Positions 28,233 to 40,437 of a DNA stretch of 64,000 nucleotides are shown one piece after another (positions within the stretch are counted from its first letter, which is position 1; every line of letters begins with the position of its first letter). Under the pieces are notes generated by a model. That model worked only from the letters and a program-made list of their open reading frames with translations. It was not told where the DNA came from and ran no database searches. Position numbers and translations under genes: made by a program. Origin of the DNA: Blastocladiella emersonii ATCC 22665 (Eukaryota > Fungi > Blastocladiomycota); NCBI GenBank assembly GCA_025594325.1, contig JANHCV010000002.1, positions 1,674,001 through 1,738,000 of the forward strand, in the 5' to 3' direction.

Positions 28233-29876
28233 ATGTATCTCACGCATCGACCTATCCGCTCCGTGGCACCGCGGCCACACCGCGCCGCCGCGCTCACCTT
28301 CTCCCTCCTCCTTCTCCTCGCGACCATCCTCACGCACCACCCCGCGTCGGCCGTGCGCTCGCTCATCCTCACCGTGCGGGATGACGTGTCGCACACGGCG
28401 GCGCTCGCGGCCGTCGCCGACTGGCAGTCGCGCCTGCCCGCCCCCTTCCGCGCGACTCTGCCGCCGCTGCCCATCGCGGTCTCCTCGTGGCGCGGCGCCG
28501 TGGTCAAGCTCGACGTGCCGACGGACGCCGACGCGCTCGTGGGCGCGGCCATGGGGCTCGCGCGCAGCGTGCTCGGCGACTGGATCGACGACGTCGAGCA
28601 CGACGCGGCGGTGCAGGCGCTCGGCGTCGTCCGGGGCAGGCAAGACGACCAGTGTATCGAGTCGCAGGAGCCCGTGGTCAACTGGGTACGCCGCGGCGCG
28701 CGTCGCGTCTCGCGGCCATCATCACTGACCCCCACTCCTCCCTTCGCTCCGCGCAGGCGCTCGCGCGGATCGCACAGCCGACGCTCCCGCTCGCGACCGC
28801 GTACACGTACCCGTGTCCGGTGAACGGGAGCGACGCGGTGGTGCCGACCAACTACGTGCTGGACACGGGGATCCAGATCAACCACACCGAGTTTGCGCCG
28901 GGCCGCGCGCGGTGGGGGGCGACGGTGCTCGAGGGCGCCAACGACGAGGACGAGAACGGCCACGGGACGTTTGTCGCGGGCCTGATCGGTGGCACCGATT
29001 TCGGCGTGTACAAGGCCGCGCAGCTCGTGGCGGTCCGCGTGCTCGACGCGAACGGGACCGGGTCCATGTCCGACGTGCTCAAGGGGCTCCAGTGGGTCGT
29101 CGAACAGCATAAGCCCGGGAACGTGTCGATTGTCAAGTACGTGGTCGTGCGCGGGGTGTGAGGGTGTAGGGCGAGGAACTGACGCGATCCATGTAGCATG
29201 TCGCTCGGCGGCACGTATAGCCGGTCCGTCAACCGCGCCGTGGACGCGGCCACGCAGGCCGGCGTCATCGTGACGGTCGCCGCGGGTACGGCTCCCGGTC
29301 GCCGTGACGCATCGACGCGCCGACTAACACGTCATCATCGTGTCCGCGCGCAGGCAACTCGGGCATCGACGCGTGCCTGTCGTCGCCGGCGAGCGCGTCC
29401 TCGGCCATCACGGTCGGCGCGACGGACCGCCAGGACAACCTCGCGTCGTTCTCGAACCGCGGCAGGTGTGTCTCGGTACGCCCTTCACCTCATCCCACAC
29501 TCCGCGCGACCCCGCCCCTAACCACCGTATGTAGCTCCTCGCGCCGGGCGTCGAAGTGACGTCGTCATGGATCGGCGCGTCGGGCAAGGACGCCAGGACG
29601 GCGTCGGGGACCTCGTTCGCGTCGCCCGTGGTCGCGGGCCTGATCGCCATGTACGCCAACAACGGCACGCTGGCGCCTCCCAACGCAACGGACGCACTGC
29701 TCGCGCGGTGGGGCCGCCCGCCCAAGGTGACGCGGGTGCGGCCGCAGGATAGCAGCGAGGAGGACGACGCCAAGGAGCTCCTTCGCGACCGCGCCGTCGA
29801 GGACGTGGTCAAGATCCCGCGCGATATCTTCTCGTCGTTCAGCCCGACGCCGAATCTGCTGGCCCAAGTCGGGTAG
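28233..29876 (+). CDS. Secreted subtilisin-like S8 (proteinase K family) protease; 4 introns
   Basis: Catalytic VLDTGI, NGHGT and SGTSFASP; oxyanion AAGN; introns 28686-28756, 29137-29196, 29286-29353, 29476-29534. Confidence 0.9.
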
Positions 29877-29956
29877 GAGGGTGGCGGTGATGGTGGCGGT
29901 CTAGTGTACATGTATTGAGATATGCGAGTAGGGGAGTAACAGGATGATGTGGTTGA

Positions 29957-31417
29957 TTACGGCTGGCTCTTGCGCGGCGCCGCGGGAGGCGCGGCCGCGG
30001 CCACGGCGGCGGCAGCGGCGGCGTGCTCCTGCTTGGCCTTGCGCTCGGCCTGGGCGGCGAGCTTGAGGTCCTTGGACTTGTTAGCTGCCTCGCGCTGGAG
30101 CTCGCGGCACGTGGCCTCGCAGGGGGACCCGCACTCGGCGTAGGACGCGTGCATGCGGCGGATGCCCTCGTCGGTGAGGTGGTGGAACAGGATGTCGTCG
30201 TCGCGGCACACCCACGACGCGAGGCGGGTGATGCGCTGGGGCTGGTTCGGGTCGATGAGCGGCTTGAACTTGGCGGAGTGGATCCAGTCGACGGGCGAGC
30301 CGGCGAGCCAGATGCCGAGCACCGCGTCCTCGTTGGGCAGCGGCTTGAGCCACCCGGCGCGCGCGTTGGTCGCGACCCACGACGCAATGTCGACGGACAG
30401 CAGGTAACCCGCGCCCGCCATGTACTGCGGGTAGACGGGGCTCGAGTACTCGGGGTTGGCCCACTTGCCCTTGAGCAGGCGCACGTTGTTGACGTACTTG
30501 TACCCGATCATGGTCTGGGTCGCGCGGTGCGTGTCGACGAGGCGCATCAGCTCGGGCACGTTGAACCACACGTCCGTGTCGGTCTTGAACACGAACCGCA
30601 GCGCCGGCCACGCCGCGCGGTTGTCGTGCACCCACTCGTGCAGCAGGACCATCTTGGCCGACAGCCCGCGGTAGCTCTCCTCGAAGTCGAGGAACACGAG
30701 GTCGCCCGTCGCCGCGTGCTCGGCGCGCAGCTCGGCGAGCGCCGACGCCGACAGGCCGCGGGTCCCGATGAAGAAGAAGAGCTGCGCCGAGGCGTTGGTC
30801 GCGGGCGCGGCGATGTGCGGCGACGCGTGGCGGTACTCGCGCAGCCACTTGCCCCACGTCGAGCGAACCACCTTGCGGTACGAGTTCTCCATGGCCGAGT
30901 AGCTCGACGGCACGACGACCAGCAGCGTCGTCGACGCGTCGGGCGTCAGGCCCGCGTACAGCGGGCCGCGTGGTGGCGCGGCGGGTGGCGCAGCGGGGGA
31001 CTCGTCGACCTCGTCGTCGGCCTCGTCGTCAGAGGAAGCGTCGGCCTGCTTGGCGTCCTTGGCGGCCGGCGCAGCAGCTGCTGGTGGCGCCTTGGTCGCA
31101 GCGGCGGCGGGGGTGGCCGATGGCGAGGCGGCAGCAGCGGGCGATGGCGTGGGGACAAGCGAGGCGGTCGCCTTGGCGTGGTGGGCGCCCACGGCGGCGG
31201 CGACAATGCCGTCCGCGACCACGGCGACCGGCGCCTTGGCGGCCGACGCAGCAGCAGCCGTAGAGCCGGCGGCGAGCAGCGGGTCCTCGGGGGTAGGCGC
31301 CGAGAGGCTCAGGTAGAGGAAGGCGCCGAGGACGAGCAGGCCGACGAGCAGCACACGGCGCGCGTTGATGCGGCCCGACGGCGACGCCGTGACCGAGCCT
31401 GGTGGCGGGAGGACCAT
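29957..31417 (-). CDS. GT31 beta-1,3-galactosyltransferase-like type II membrane protein
   Basis: N-terminal TM; FKTDTDVW; YPQYMAGAGYLLS; EDAVLG. Confidence 0.88.
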   Translation of the reverse strand: MVLPPPGSVTASPSGRINARRVLLVGLLVLGAFLYLSLSAPTPEDPLLAAGSTAAAASAAKAPVAVVADGIVAAAVGAHHAKATASLVPTPSPAAAASPSATPAAAATKAPPAAAAPAAKDAKQADASSDDEADDEVDESPAAPPAAPPRGPLYAGLTPDASTTLLVVVPSSYSAMENSYRKVVRSTWGKWLREYRHASPHIAAPATNASAQLFFFIGTRGLSASALAELRAEHAATGDLVFLDFEESYRGLSAKMVLLHEWVHDNRAAWPALRFVFKTDTDVWFNVPELMRLVDTHRATQTMIGYKYVNNVRLLKGKWANPEYSSPVYPQYMAGAGYLLSVDIASWVATNARAGWLKPLPNEDAVLGIWLAGSPVDWIHSAKFKPLIDPNQPQRITRLASWVCRDDDILFHHLTDEGIRRMHASYAECGSPCEATCRELQREAANKSKDLKLAAQAERKAKQEHAAAAAAVAAAAPPAAPRKSQP

Positions 31418-32472
31418 GGTGTTGATGCGTTGCGTCGCGGCGGGTAGTAGTGGTAGTAGCGTGGTGGACCCGCTCTATAGGAATGCGGCGACGTCGGGCA
31501 GCGGCGTCGCACACGCAGGCGGACGCAGGGATATCACTTGTACTTGAGCGCGGGGGAGCGGGAGCGCCCACGGCGGGCGTCCCCAGTCGGCAGCGGGCCC
31601 ACACAGCGCCCATCCCAGAGGCGGCGATTGCAAGCGGCGGGCAAGCGGCAGGGCGTCGCCGGCCTTCATTAAGCGGGCGTCAGGCGCACGTGCCTGGCGC
31701 TCCGCGGCGCCGGCGCCAGCGAGCGGCCGGCCAATCAGCGCGCGAGTGTCTCGCACCACGCGCGCTTGACGCGAGACGCGGTTTCGGGCACGCCGAGGGC
31801 GCCGCCGCCGGCAGTTTCGTGTACTTGAACCTCGACGCGGCGCGGGGTGGCGCAGCTCCGACCAAGGAGCGGCACCAGGTTGCGACTCGCGCGCGGCCAG
31901 CGTGGGTCGCGCTCGCATGGACTGGGCAAGTCCCACGCGCGACTGTTCGCACATGAACTGTGCGCGCACTCGTATCCCCGCCGGACTTGTCGTCGCGCCG
32001 CGGTCCCGTTGCTCCTCGTCACGCTCGCGCACCTGTCAACCCGCGCTCAACGACCACGGCACTTCAAGCCGTGAGTGAGCACAGGGAGAGAAAGCACGGT
32101 GGCGCGTGGGTCGCCGCACGCGGGCCTTCGATTGCGGCGAGCTTGGAAATAGCGGCGTCATCAACGCTCGCTGCTCGCGCATCGGAGGGGCTGCCTGGCG
32201 AGCGGCAGGGATCGACATCGGGGTGCGGTCGAGGCGGCCTTGTTCTCGCGGTGAAGTGCGGTGCGCAATCAAACCTGCGGTGAGTGCGGCAAGGTGGCGC
32301 CAGAACCCTTGGTGGCGCTCACTGGCCCGTGTCCATGGCCATGGCCACGCTGGGAAGGGAGGGGTTCCCACACCCTCCAGCACCCGCGCATTCTTTTTCA
32401 AGAACGAAGCGCACCCCGAGCCCGCTTGCTCTCTCCCGCACCTCCTTCACATCGAATTCATCCATCACCATC

Positions 32473-33241
32473 ATGACCAGTGCTCAAAGCGGCTCCGCGA
32501 TTTCTTACGGCCGGTGGCTCATCCACTTGCTCTTGCTGGTACGCTGTCATCGTCGCGTCTCGCTGAGGCGCCATGGTCTCACCATGCCCGCCGCGATTGA
32601 CCTCTCCAGGCCGTCTCGGTCGCCTCGCTGGTCCTCGTCGCGCTCGCGGTCGACCCGGCCATCAACGGACCAGCAACACCACCACCCAAGCCCGAGTCCG
32701 TCTTCCCCGCCTCCGAGGACGATGGCGCACCAAAGTCAGCCGTGCCCGTCTGGCTCATCGCCGTCATGTGCTCGTGGATCCTCGTCTACGTGCTGGACCT
32801 CGCCATCCACGTCCGGTACATTCTCGTCGAGATGCGCGGCCAGCTGACCATCGCGGTCCGCTCGTGGAAGGTCGCGTTCGCCGTGTACCTCGCAGTGACT
32901 GAGATCGTCTGGTTCGCCTACTCGAGCAAGTCGGAAGTGCTGCAGCCCAACCTGTTCATCTTCTGGCTCGCCAAGGACATGCTCATGGTACGCCTTCTTG
33001 ATGCTCTCAGCGCGGTACCGGTATGGATGCTGACGCCGTCCTTTCACCGCAGATGTTCCTCGCCATGTCACTCGTCTTCTCGCTCCCCTTCGACGCGTTC
33101 AACGCCATCGACGAGCGCACCGCGCGGCGCGACCGGCGCGCGGGCATTGAGGAAGGCCACGGCAACGTCGGCTCCCTGCACCCGAACGTCGTACCGCCAC
33201 CGAGCTACCAGGCCGTCGCTAGTTCGGCGTCCTCGTTCTGA
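32473..33241 (+). CDS. Small multi-pass membrane protein with a C-terminal PPSY motif; 2 introns
   Basis: GTACGC donors; splicing gives LLLL|AVSVASLVLV...WLAKDMLM|MFLAMSLV...VPPPSYQ. Confidence 0.65.
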
Positions 33242-33606
33242 GAAACCCCATGTGCAGCTGTCGTATATATATAGCTTGAACTTTCAACGAGAGTGAAAGT
33301 AACGGACCGGGATTCCAAACGTGCACCGCACACTCTCACTGGCATGCCAAGGCGAGCCGAGCGGACGCACCGAGCTCGAGAGCTCGCGGACGCGTTCGGT
33401 TATCTAGTGACTCGCGCGTGATGTGATTGATCGGCGGCTCATGTCTCGCGGCTCGCGCCTCCTCGCGCTGTTCCTCGCTTTCGCCACCACGCACACCAGT
33501 TCTCCAAGACGAGCGGGAAAGTCTCCACAAAAGAAATGTAATGACTATGTGAACATGAAAACTCAACGACAGCACACCGCGACCCGACCCCGCGCCGAGT
33601 CCCTAG

Positions 33607-36600
33607 TCATGCAGCGGCCGCGCCGACGAGCGAGTACGCCGGGTTGGTCGTGACCGAGAGCGTGCTCTTGCCGAACATCTTGCGCTTGGCGAGCTTGTAC
33701 AGCTCGGCGAACACCATGAAGATGAAGATGGACGCGGCGACGTAGCCCCACTCGTACCCGAACGGCGAGTGGATGAAGATGGCCGTGTTGACGACGGGGA
33801 TGTAAGGGAGCGGGACGACGAGGAAGAGCCCGAGCACGATCGCCCACAGGAGCACCTTGGCCTCGGCCCACTTGTACGAGAAGAGCGACCGGCGCGCGAA
33901 CCGGCAGTTGATGCCGTGGAACAGCAGCAGCAGCGACAGCGTCACGAACGCCACGGCGCGCGCGCGGAACACCACCTCGCACGTCTCCGAGAAGACCTTG
34001 TTGCACGACTTGCCCGGCGGCGGGATCAGCTGGCCGAGCGGGACCGTCGGGTGGATTAGCGCGACCAGCGAGAACACGACCAGCGTCAGCCCGCCCATCA
34101 CGGCGCCGTAGATGAAGGTGTCGGCCATGAGCTCGGGCGTGAAGGCGCCGTGCGTGCGCGGAGGCTGCAGCATCAGCTTGGGCGACGCGGGCTCGACGGC
34201 CAGCGCGAGCGCGATCGGCGACGACGTGATCAGGTTGATCCACAGGATCTGGATCGGCGACATGGGGAAGATGGGCGAGTTCTCGCCGTCCGAGAAGATG
34301 AGCCCGATGATCAGCGCGACCACCTCGGACACGTTGCCCGACAGCAGGTGCAGCGTGAACTTCTGGACGTTGGCGAAGATGCGGCGGCCCTGCGCGATCG
34401 CCTTGGCGATGGTCGCGAAACAGTCGTCGGTCAGCGTCACGTCCGACGCCTGCTTGGTCACGTCGGCGCCGCCGAGGCCCATGGCGATGCCCACGTCCGC
34501 GTTGGCGATGGCCGGCGCGTCGTTGACGCCGTCGCCCGTCATGGCGCAGTACTTGCCGCGGCGGTGCAGCGCCGCGATCATCTTGACCTTGGTCTCGGGC
34601 GAGCACCGCGCAATGACGAGCGGCAGCGTCTCGAGGGCGTCGACCTCGCCGTCCGACAGCGCGTCGAACTGGATCGACGTCATGACCATGCGGCGCTCGA
34701 GCTCGGTGCCGGGCAGTGCGTCCGCGGGGAGGATCTTGACCTGGCGCGCGATCGCGGCCGCCGTCGACGGGTGGTCGCCCGTGATCATGTGAACGATGAT
34801 CCCCGCGCGGTGGCACTCCTCGATCGCGCCCTTGGTCTCGGGCCGCGGCGGGTCCATGATCCCGAGCAGGCCGAGGAACACGAGATCATGCTCGTTGTGC
34901 TGGCGGTGGCCCGCGTCGTGCAGCTTCGGGTGCGCGGCCGCGAGCTCGTCGGCCGTCGGCGCTGACCCGACCAGGAAACTCGTGCACGGGATGCGGCGCA
35001 TCGCGAGCGCGAGCACGCGCAGCCCGCGGACCGCCATGGCGTCGGCCTGCGCCGTGACCGTGGTCGACGCGTACTCGGGCGTCATGGGCGCGGTCGACGC
35101 GCCGTCGGCGCGCAGGTACGCCGAGCACCGCGGCAGGATCGACTCGAGCCCGCCCTTGGAGAACATGACGAGGTCGCCCGACGCGCGCTCGTGGTAGATG
35201 ACCGACATGCGCTTGATGCTCGAGTCGAACGGGTACTCGGCAAAGAACGTGTACTGGTCGGCGAGCTTGGGCTTGGTGTACCCGTGGCGGTCGCCGACGA
35301 CGGCCAGCGCCACCTCGGTCGTGTCGCCCGACCCCACGTACGTGTCGCCGTCGAGCTGCACCGAGCACGTGTTGCACAGGCCGAAGAGCGTGAGGACCGG
35401 GCGCAGCGTGTCGAGCGAGAGGCCCTCGATGGCGCCGGCCTTGTTGAACGAGCCCGTGATCGTCACCGCCGTCTCCATGATCCAGCCCGCGACGGCCGAC
35501 ATCTTGCCCTCGGTCAGCGTGCCCGTCTTGTCCGAGCAGATGTGGTTGACCTGGCCGAGCGCCTCGAGCGACACGAGGCGGCGCACGATCGCCTTCTCCT
35601 TGGCCATGGTCGCCACCCCGAACGCCATGGTGATCGTCGTGACTGCCGGCAGACCCTCGGGCAGGATAGCGACAGCTGTGGCGATAGCATAGAGCAAAAC
35701 CTAACAGAGAAGGAGGTGCACCGCGTGGTCAGTATCTAGTGCGAGGAGGAGGGCATGGAGAGACGGACGACGAACCTGCGTGTTTCCGAAATCCCAGCGG
35801 TTGACCGCGAAGACGATGATGCCGAGGACGATCGCGACGCCGAGACAGACAAACATCATGTTCCTCATGGAGATCTCGAGCGGGGTCTTGGACGTGTTGG
35901 CGGCGCCGATAGCGACCTGCTTGGCGATCTTGCCGATCTCCGTGTCCATGCCGGTGGCGACGACGACACCGCGGCCGCGGCCGTAGGCGACCACGGTCGA
36001 CTTGAAGCACATGTTGATCTGGTCGCCGAGCGGGCAGGCGCCCTGCGCCGAGTCGTCGATCGGGTCCGTCTTCTTGCGGATCGCCATGGGCTCGCCCGTC
36101 AGCAGGGCCTCGTTGAGCGACAGGTTGACGGCCTCGACGACGCGCATGTCGGCGGGGACCTGGTCGCCCTCGATGAGCGCGACAATGTCGCCGGGCACAA
36201 TGTCGCCGGCGGGGATGATCTGCTGCACGCCGTCGCGGATCACGGTGGCGGTGGGCGAGCACAGCTGGCGCAGCGCCTCCATGGTCTTCTCCGACTTGTA
36301 CTCCTGGCGGAACCCGAGGCCCGTGTTGGTGACGATGACGACGACGAGCACGATGCCCTCGACCCAGTCCTTGGCGATGAGCGAGATGAGCAACGCGATG
36401 CCGAGCACGCCGTTCATCGGGTTGATCAGGTTGGCGAGGAACACCTTGAGCGCCGACGTGGTCTGCTCGTCGCCAAGCGAGTTGGGCCCGTACGCAGCGA
36501 GCCGGCGCGAGGCCTCGGCGGCCGTGAGACCGGCATCCGCGTCTACGGACGGGGGAGCGGGCGGGAGGGTTAGCGATCGTCCTTGCAAGGATCACGCGAG

Positions 36601-36791
36601 TGGGTAGCGGCGAGCGGCGAGGGCGAGGGCCGGGTGAGCGAGAGCGAAGTGGCGGCCGTACCGGACTCAAACTGCTGGAGCGCGACGGCGCAATCAAGGC
36701 GGTACGCCGTGTTCTTGCCCTCGGCGCCAGCGCCGAGGAGCGGGCGGGCCGCGTCCTTGCCGTTGTCGTTCTTCTTGATCGAGGCGGCCAT
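33607..36791 (-). CDS. ENA1: P-type IID Na+/K+ efflux ATPase (ENA); 2 introns
   Basis: LTGEP; PEGLP; ICSDKTGTLTEGKM; DPPR; MITGD; TGDGVNDAPA; ENA-type MAKEKAIVRRL. Confidence 0.9.
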
Positions 36792-38445
36792 GGGGTGGGA
36801 TCGTCGTCGAGCAAGAGGTGGAGGAGGTGTGGTGCGAAAGGGAAGGGATGGGTCGGATGGAGTTGGATCCAGATGGGCGCAGTCGGGAGGGAGAGCGCGT
36901 GTCCGTGGAAACTTCTGGAAGCGGGGGGGCGTGGGCGCATTTTATACCCGTGGGCGACCGGCGGGGGCAGCGCTGGGGCAGCGCGCGGCCATCGGCAATT
37001 TTTCTTGGCTCGGGCGGACCGCTCGTCCAATCGCGTGGCCGGGCGGGTGCGAGACGCGGCCCCCGCGCGGCTTGGGTAAGCACCGCGCGGCCATCGTCAT
37101 GCGAGCGTTCCGCTCGGCCGTGGCCGCGACGCAGGCCGCGACGCGCGAATTACAGTACGTCTCCCGCGCCCACCGCGCCCGCCGCAGCCCTGCCATCTCC
37201 CCCGCACCGGCCGCCGCCGCCTCGGTCATACAAGCCGACGCGCCGTGGATGGTGGCGACGACGAGGCTTTCCGGGCGTTGGCTTGACGGACACGTGTCCG
37301 CTTCCGGAAGGTTCGGCCGTTTCGGCTCATCTTCCAGGCGGCTTCGCGATGACGCCACGCGCCGCATGACCGCTTCTCGGCCTCGTCCAGCTTCTGGGCG
37401 CGCCGCGTGACCCGGGCGCACACTCAAGCCGCCACCCATCGACTCGAACGAGCGACCCAATCAGATGCACCGGCACTGGAGCCACCGCCGTCGCCGTCGC
37501 CACCGTGGCCTTGGCCGGCCAGAGTGCGCGGGCCGGAGGGGCTCGCCCTGTCATCTCGGCCTCGGCGCGAGGTGGATCCGGCCATCTCACGGCTACACTG
37601 CCCTCATGTCGGGGCCGGCGTGACCCTTGCCTCGGTTCTCAGCCTCTGCCACGGAGGACTGCGGACACGGGCTGCTGCGCACACGAATGCGCGCGGCCCG
37701 CGACGGTCAAACTTAGCCAGCCGAGCGCACGGGCCCGCGGCGCACGCCGCGTCACGGGCGGTGGTGCATGGCGCGGCGCGTGCCGATCGTCTTGCTGATC
37801 CCTGCCAAGCCCCAGACGTGACTGAATCGGACGACACGACGGCCGCGATAATCAACGTGCGCCGTGGCGCTGGCTTACTCGCTCGTGGCTGTAACTTGGC
37901 CATCACCCCGCTGGCTTGCGCGGGGCTCGCGCTTCTCGGCCGCTTCCAGTCGCGCCACGCACTCGCGTTGAGCTGGGCGCGAAGCCTGGCCGAACAGACC
38001 AGAGCATTGCTACCCAGCTTCGGGTCGGGTCGGGTCGGGCAGCGTCGGGTTATGCTTTGGCTGCAGGACTTGCATGACAGCGCGCTCGCTTCCACTCCCA
38101 CGAGGACCGACGAGCGACCAATTTCGTCCATGAGAACCGTGACGTGCGTCACGTCCAAGCGATCGGGGCGGCCATGGGCTGTATTTTGGGCTCGGGCCAC
38201 ACGTTCTCGCGACGCGCGGCACTCATCGCAGCCACGGCTGGTGGGGTTCCATCGGCGACCACCGCTCCGGTTCTCGCCCTCTTGGCGGCGCTCCCAAGCT
38301 TCTATAAAGCGACCATCGCGCTCGCTGCTCACACGCTCTGCGACCTCGCGTTCGTCCTCGTACCCTCGCGCGCCCGCCCCTCCATTCCGCCTTCCAGCTG
38401 GCCTGCGAACGCACCCACCCCCTCAACCACCCACCCCCCTTAACC

Positions 38446-40128
38446 ATGATCGACTCCATCCTCCAAATCACCGACATCAACCGCATCTCGCTCGCCATCG
38501 GCAGCTTCCTCCTCGTCTTCTGCGCTTTCTCTCTCCTGCTGCGCGAACGCCTCTACGTGAGCGAGACAACATGCTCGCTCCTCTTCGGCATCCTCATCGG
38601 CATCAACGGCCTCGGCCTCATTGACTCGGAAAAGTGGAACGACAAGCTCGTCGGCGAATTCATGTTCGAGGCGTGTCGCTTCCTCATCGCCATCCAGGTC
38701 CTCATCGCGGGCGTCGAGCTGTCGCCGCGCTACCTCTGGAACAAGCTGTCGTCCGTGTCGATGCTGCTCTTCGTGCTCATGACCATCAAGTGGCTGTTCA
38801 CCGGCCTCATCATCATGGTTATTCTCGGGTTTGGATTTGTACGTTCGCTCCCTCGTGCCGCGCCATCACGGTTCCGATCAGTCGGCTCACTCCACAACCA
38901 ACGGCTGTAGCTCGACTCGCTCATCATCGCGTCATGCGTCGCGCCCACCGACCCCGTCCTCGCTGCCTCCATCCTCAAGGGAAAATACGCGGAGAAGCAT
39001 GTCCCGCTGCACATTCGCGAGCTGCTCTCGGCCGAGTCGGGCGCCAACGACGGCCTCGGCTTCCCGTTCCTGTTCCTCGCCCTGTACCTCCGCACGTACC
39101 GTTCGCCCAAGGCCGCCATGGTTCGCTGGGTCTGGTACATTCTCGGCTACCAGATCGTTCTCAGCGTCATTCTCGGCGCCGTGATCGGGTTCGTCGCCAG
39201 CAAGATCCTCAGCGCCGCGCGCCGCAACAACTGGATCGATCGGCCGTCGCGTCTTTCCTACGGGATCTCGCTCTCGATCCTGTGCGTCGGCCTCGTCGGC
39301 ATCCTCGGGAGCGACGACCTCCTCGCCGCGTTCGTTGCGGGTAACGTGCTCAACTGGAACTCGAAGCTCGGCAAGGAAACGCACGGCGAAGCCGTGAACG
39401 ACACGCTTGACCAGCTTCTCACGCTCGCCTTCCTCGTGTTCTTCGGTGCCGTGTTCCCGTTCGCCGAGATCGCCAAGCTGTACGCCGGCTGGAAGCTGTT
39501 CCTGTTCTGCATGGCGGTGCTCTTCCTTCGCCGTCTGCCGTGGACCATCATGCTCTTCAAGTTCATCCCCGAGATCAAGTCGTTCGACGAGGCCGTGTTC
39601 GTCGGCTGGTTCGGGCCCATGGGCGTCTCGGGCCTCTTCTACGCGTACCTGCTCGAGCACGACAAGTCCACGCCCGCGCGCGTCCGCCGCGAGGTCGTCC
39701 CGCTCGTCTCGCTGCTCGTCCTGCTCTCCGTTATGTGCCATGGCCTGTCCATTGCCTCGCTCAAGCTCACGCGCAAGGTCGCCCGCGGCAACAACCCCAA
39801 GGACCTCGCGTCGGCCTTCTCCAACGCCGTGTTCCCCGCCAAGCCCGACCCGACGGCCTCGGGGGAGGTGGGCGGCAAGCACATGCACCACAAGTCGCAC
39901 GGCCACGGGCACCATGACGACGACGCGCGGTCCGACGACGGGTTCGGCGACCACGCGCACGGCCACGGTTTCCACGACCCGTACGCGGCCGGCCAGCGCA
40001 TCGACGCCCTGTCTCCGCAGCGCGTGAACCAGCCGCGTGTCTCGTCGGTGCCGCGCGCCGCGACCCAGTTTACTGCGCAGCACCAGCGCGAGCACGTCTC
40101 GATCCCGATTCGCACGGAGCGCCGATAG
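38446..40128 (+). CDS. NHA1: Na+(K+)/H+ antiporter, CPA1 Nha1/Sod2 family; intron ~38839-38910
   Basis: APTDPVLA; ESGANDGLGFPFL; GSDDLLAAF; GWFGPMG; His-rich tail. Confidence 0.9.
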
Positions 40129-40437
40129 TTTGGCCCGCCCGCGAGACTGTTTCGCGCCTGGCTGGCTGGTCCGCGGTCGCGTTTTCGTTGTCCCACATGT
40201 TCTTGTTCAATATTGTACACTTTGTTCGATTCCTAAAAATCTTCGATTCCTGAGCGACGTGAGCCGCGAGACATGCGAGACATGCGAGACGCGTTTAATA
40301 ATCATGTGACGTGCTTTTTCGCTGATCAGTCCGTCCACCCTCAGCTCCCGCTCCGCAAACCCTCACTTCAACCAACCACTTGTCACGAAAGCAAATGTAT
40401 ACTTATGCAAATTCCTGCACAACTCGACCAGAGCAGC

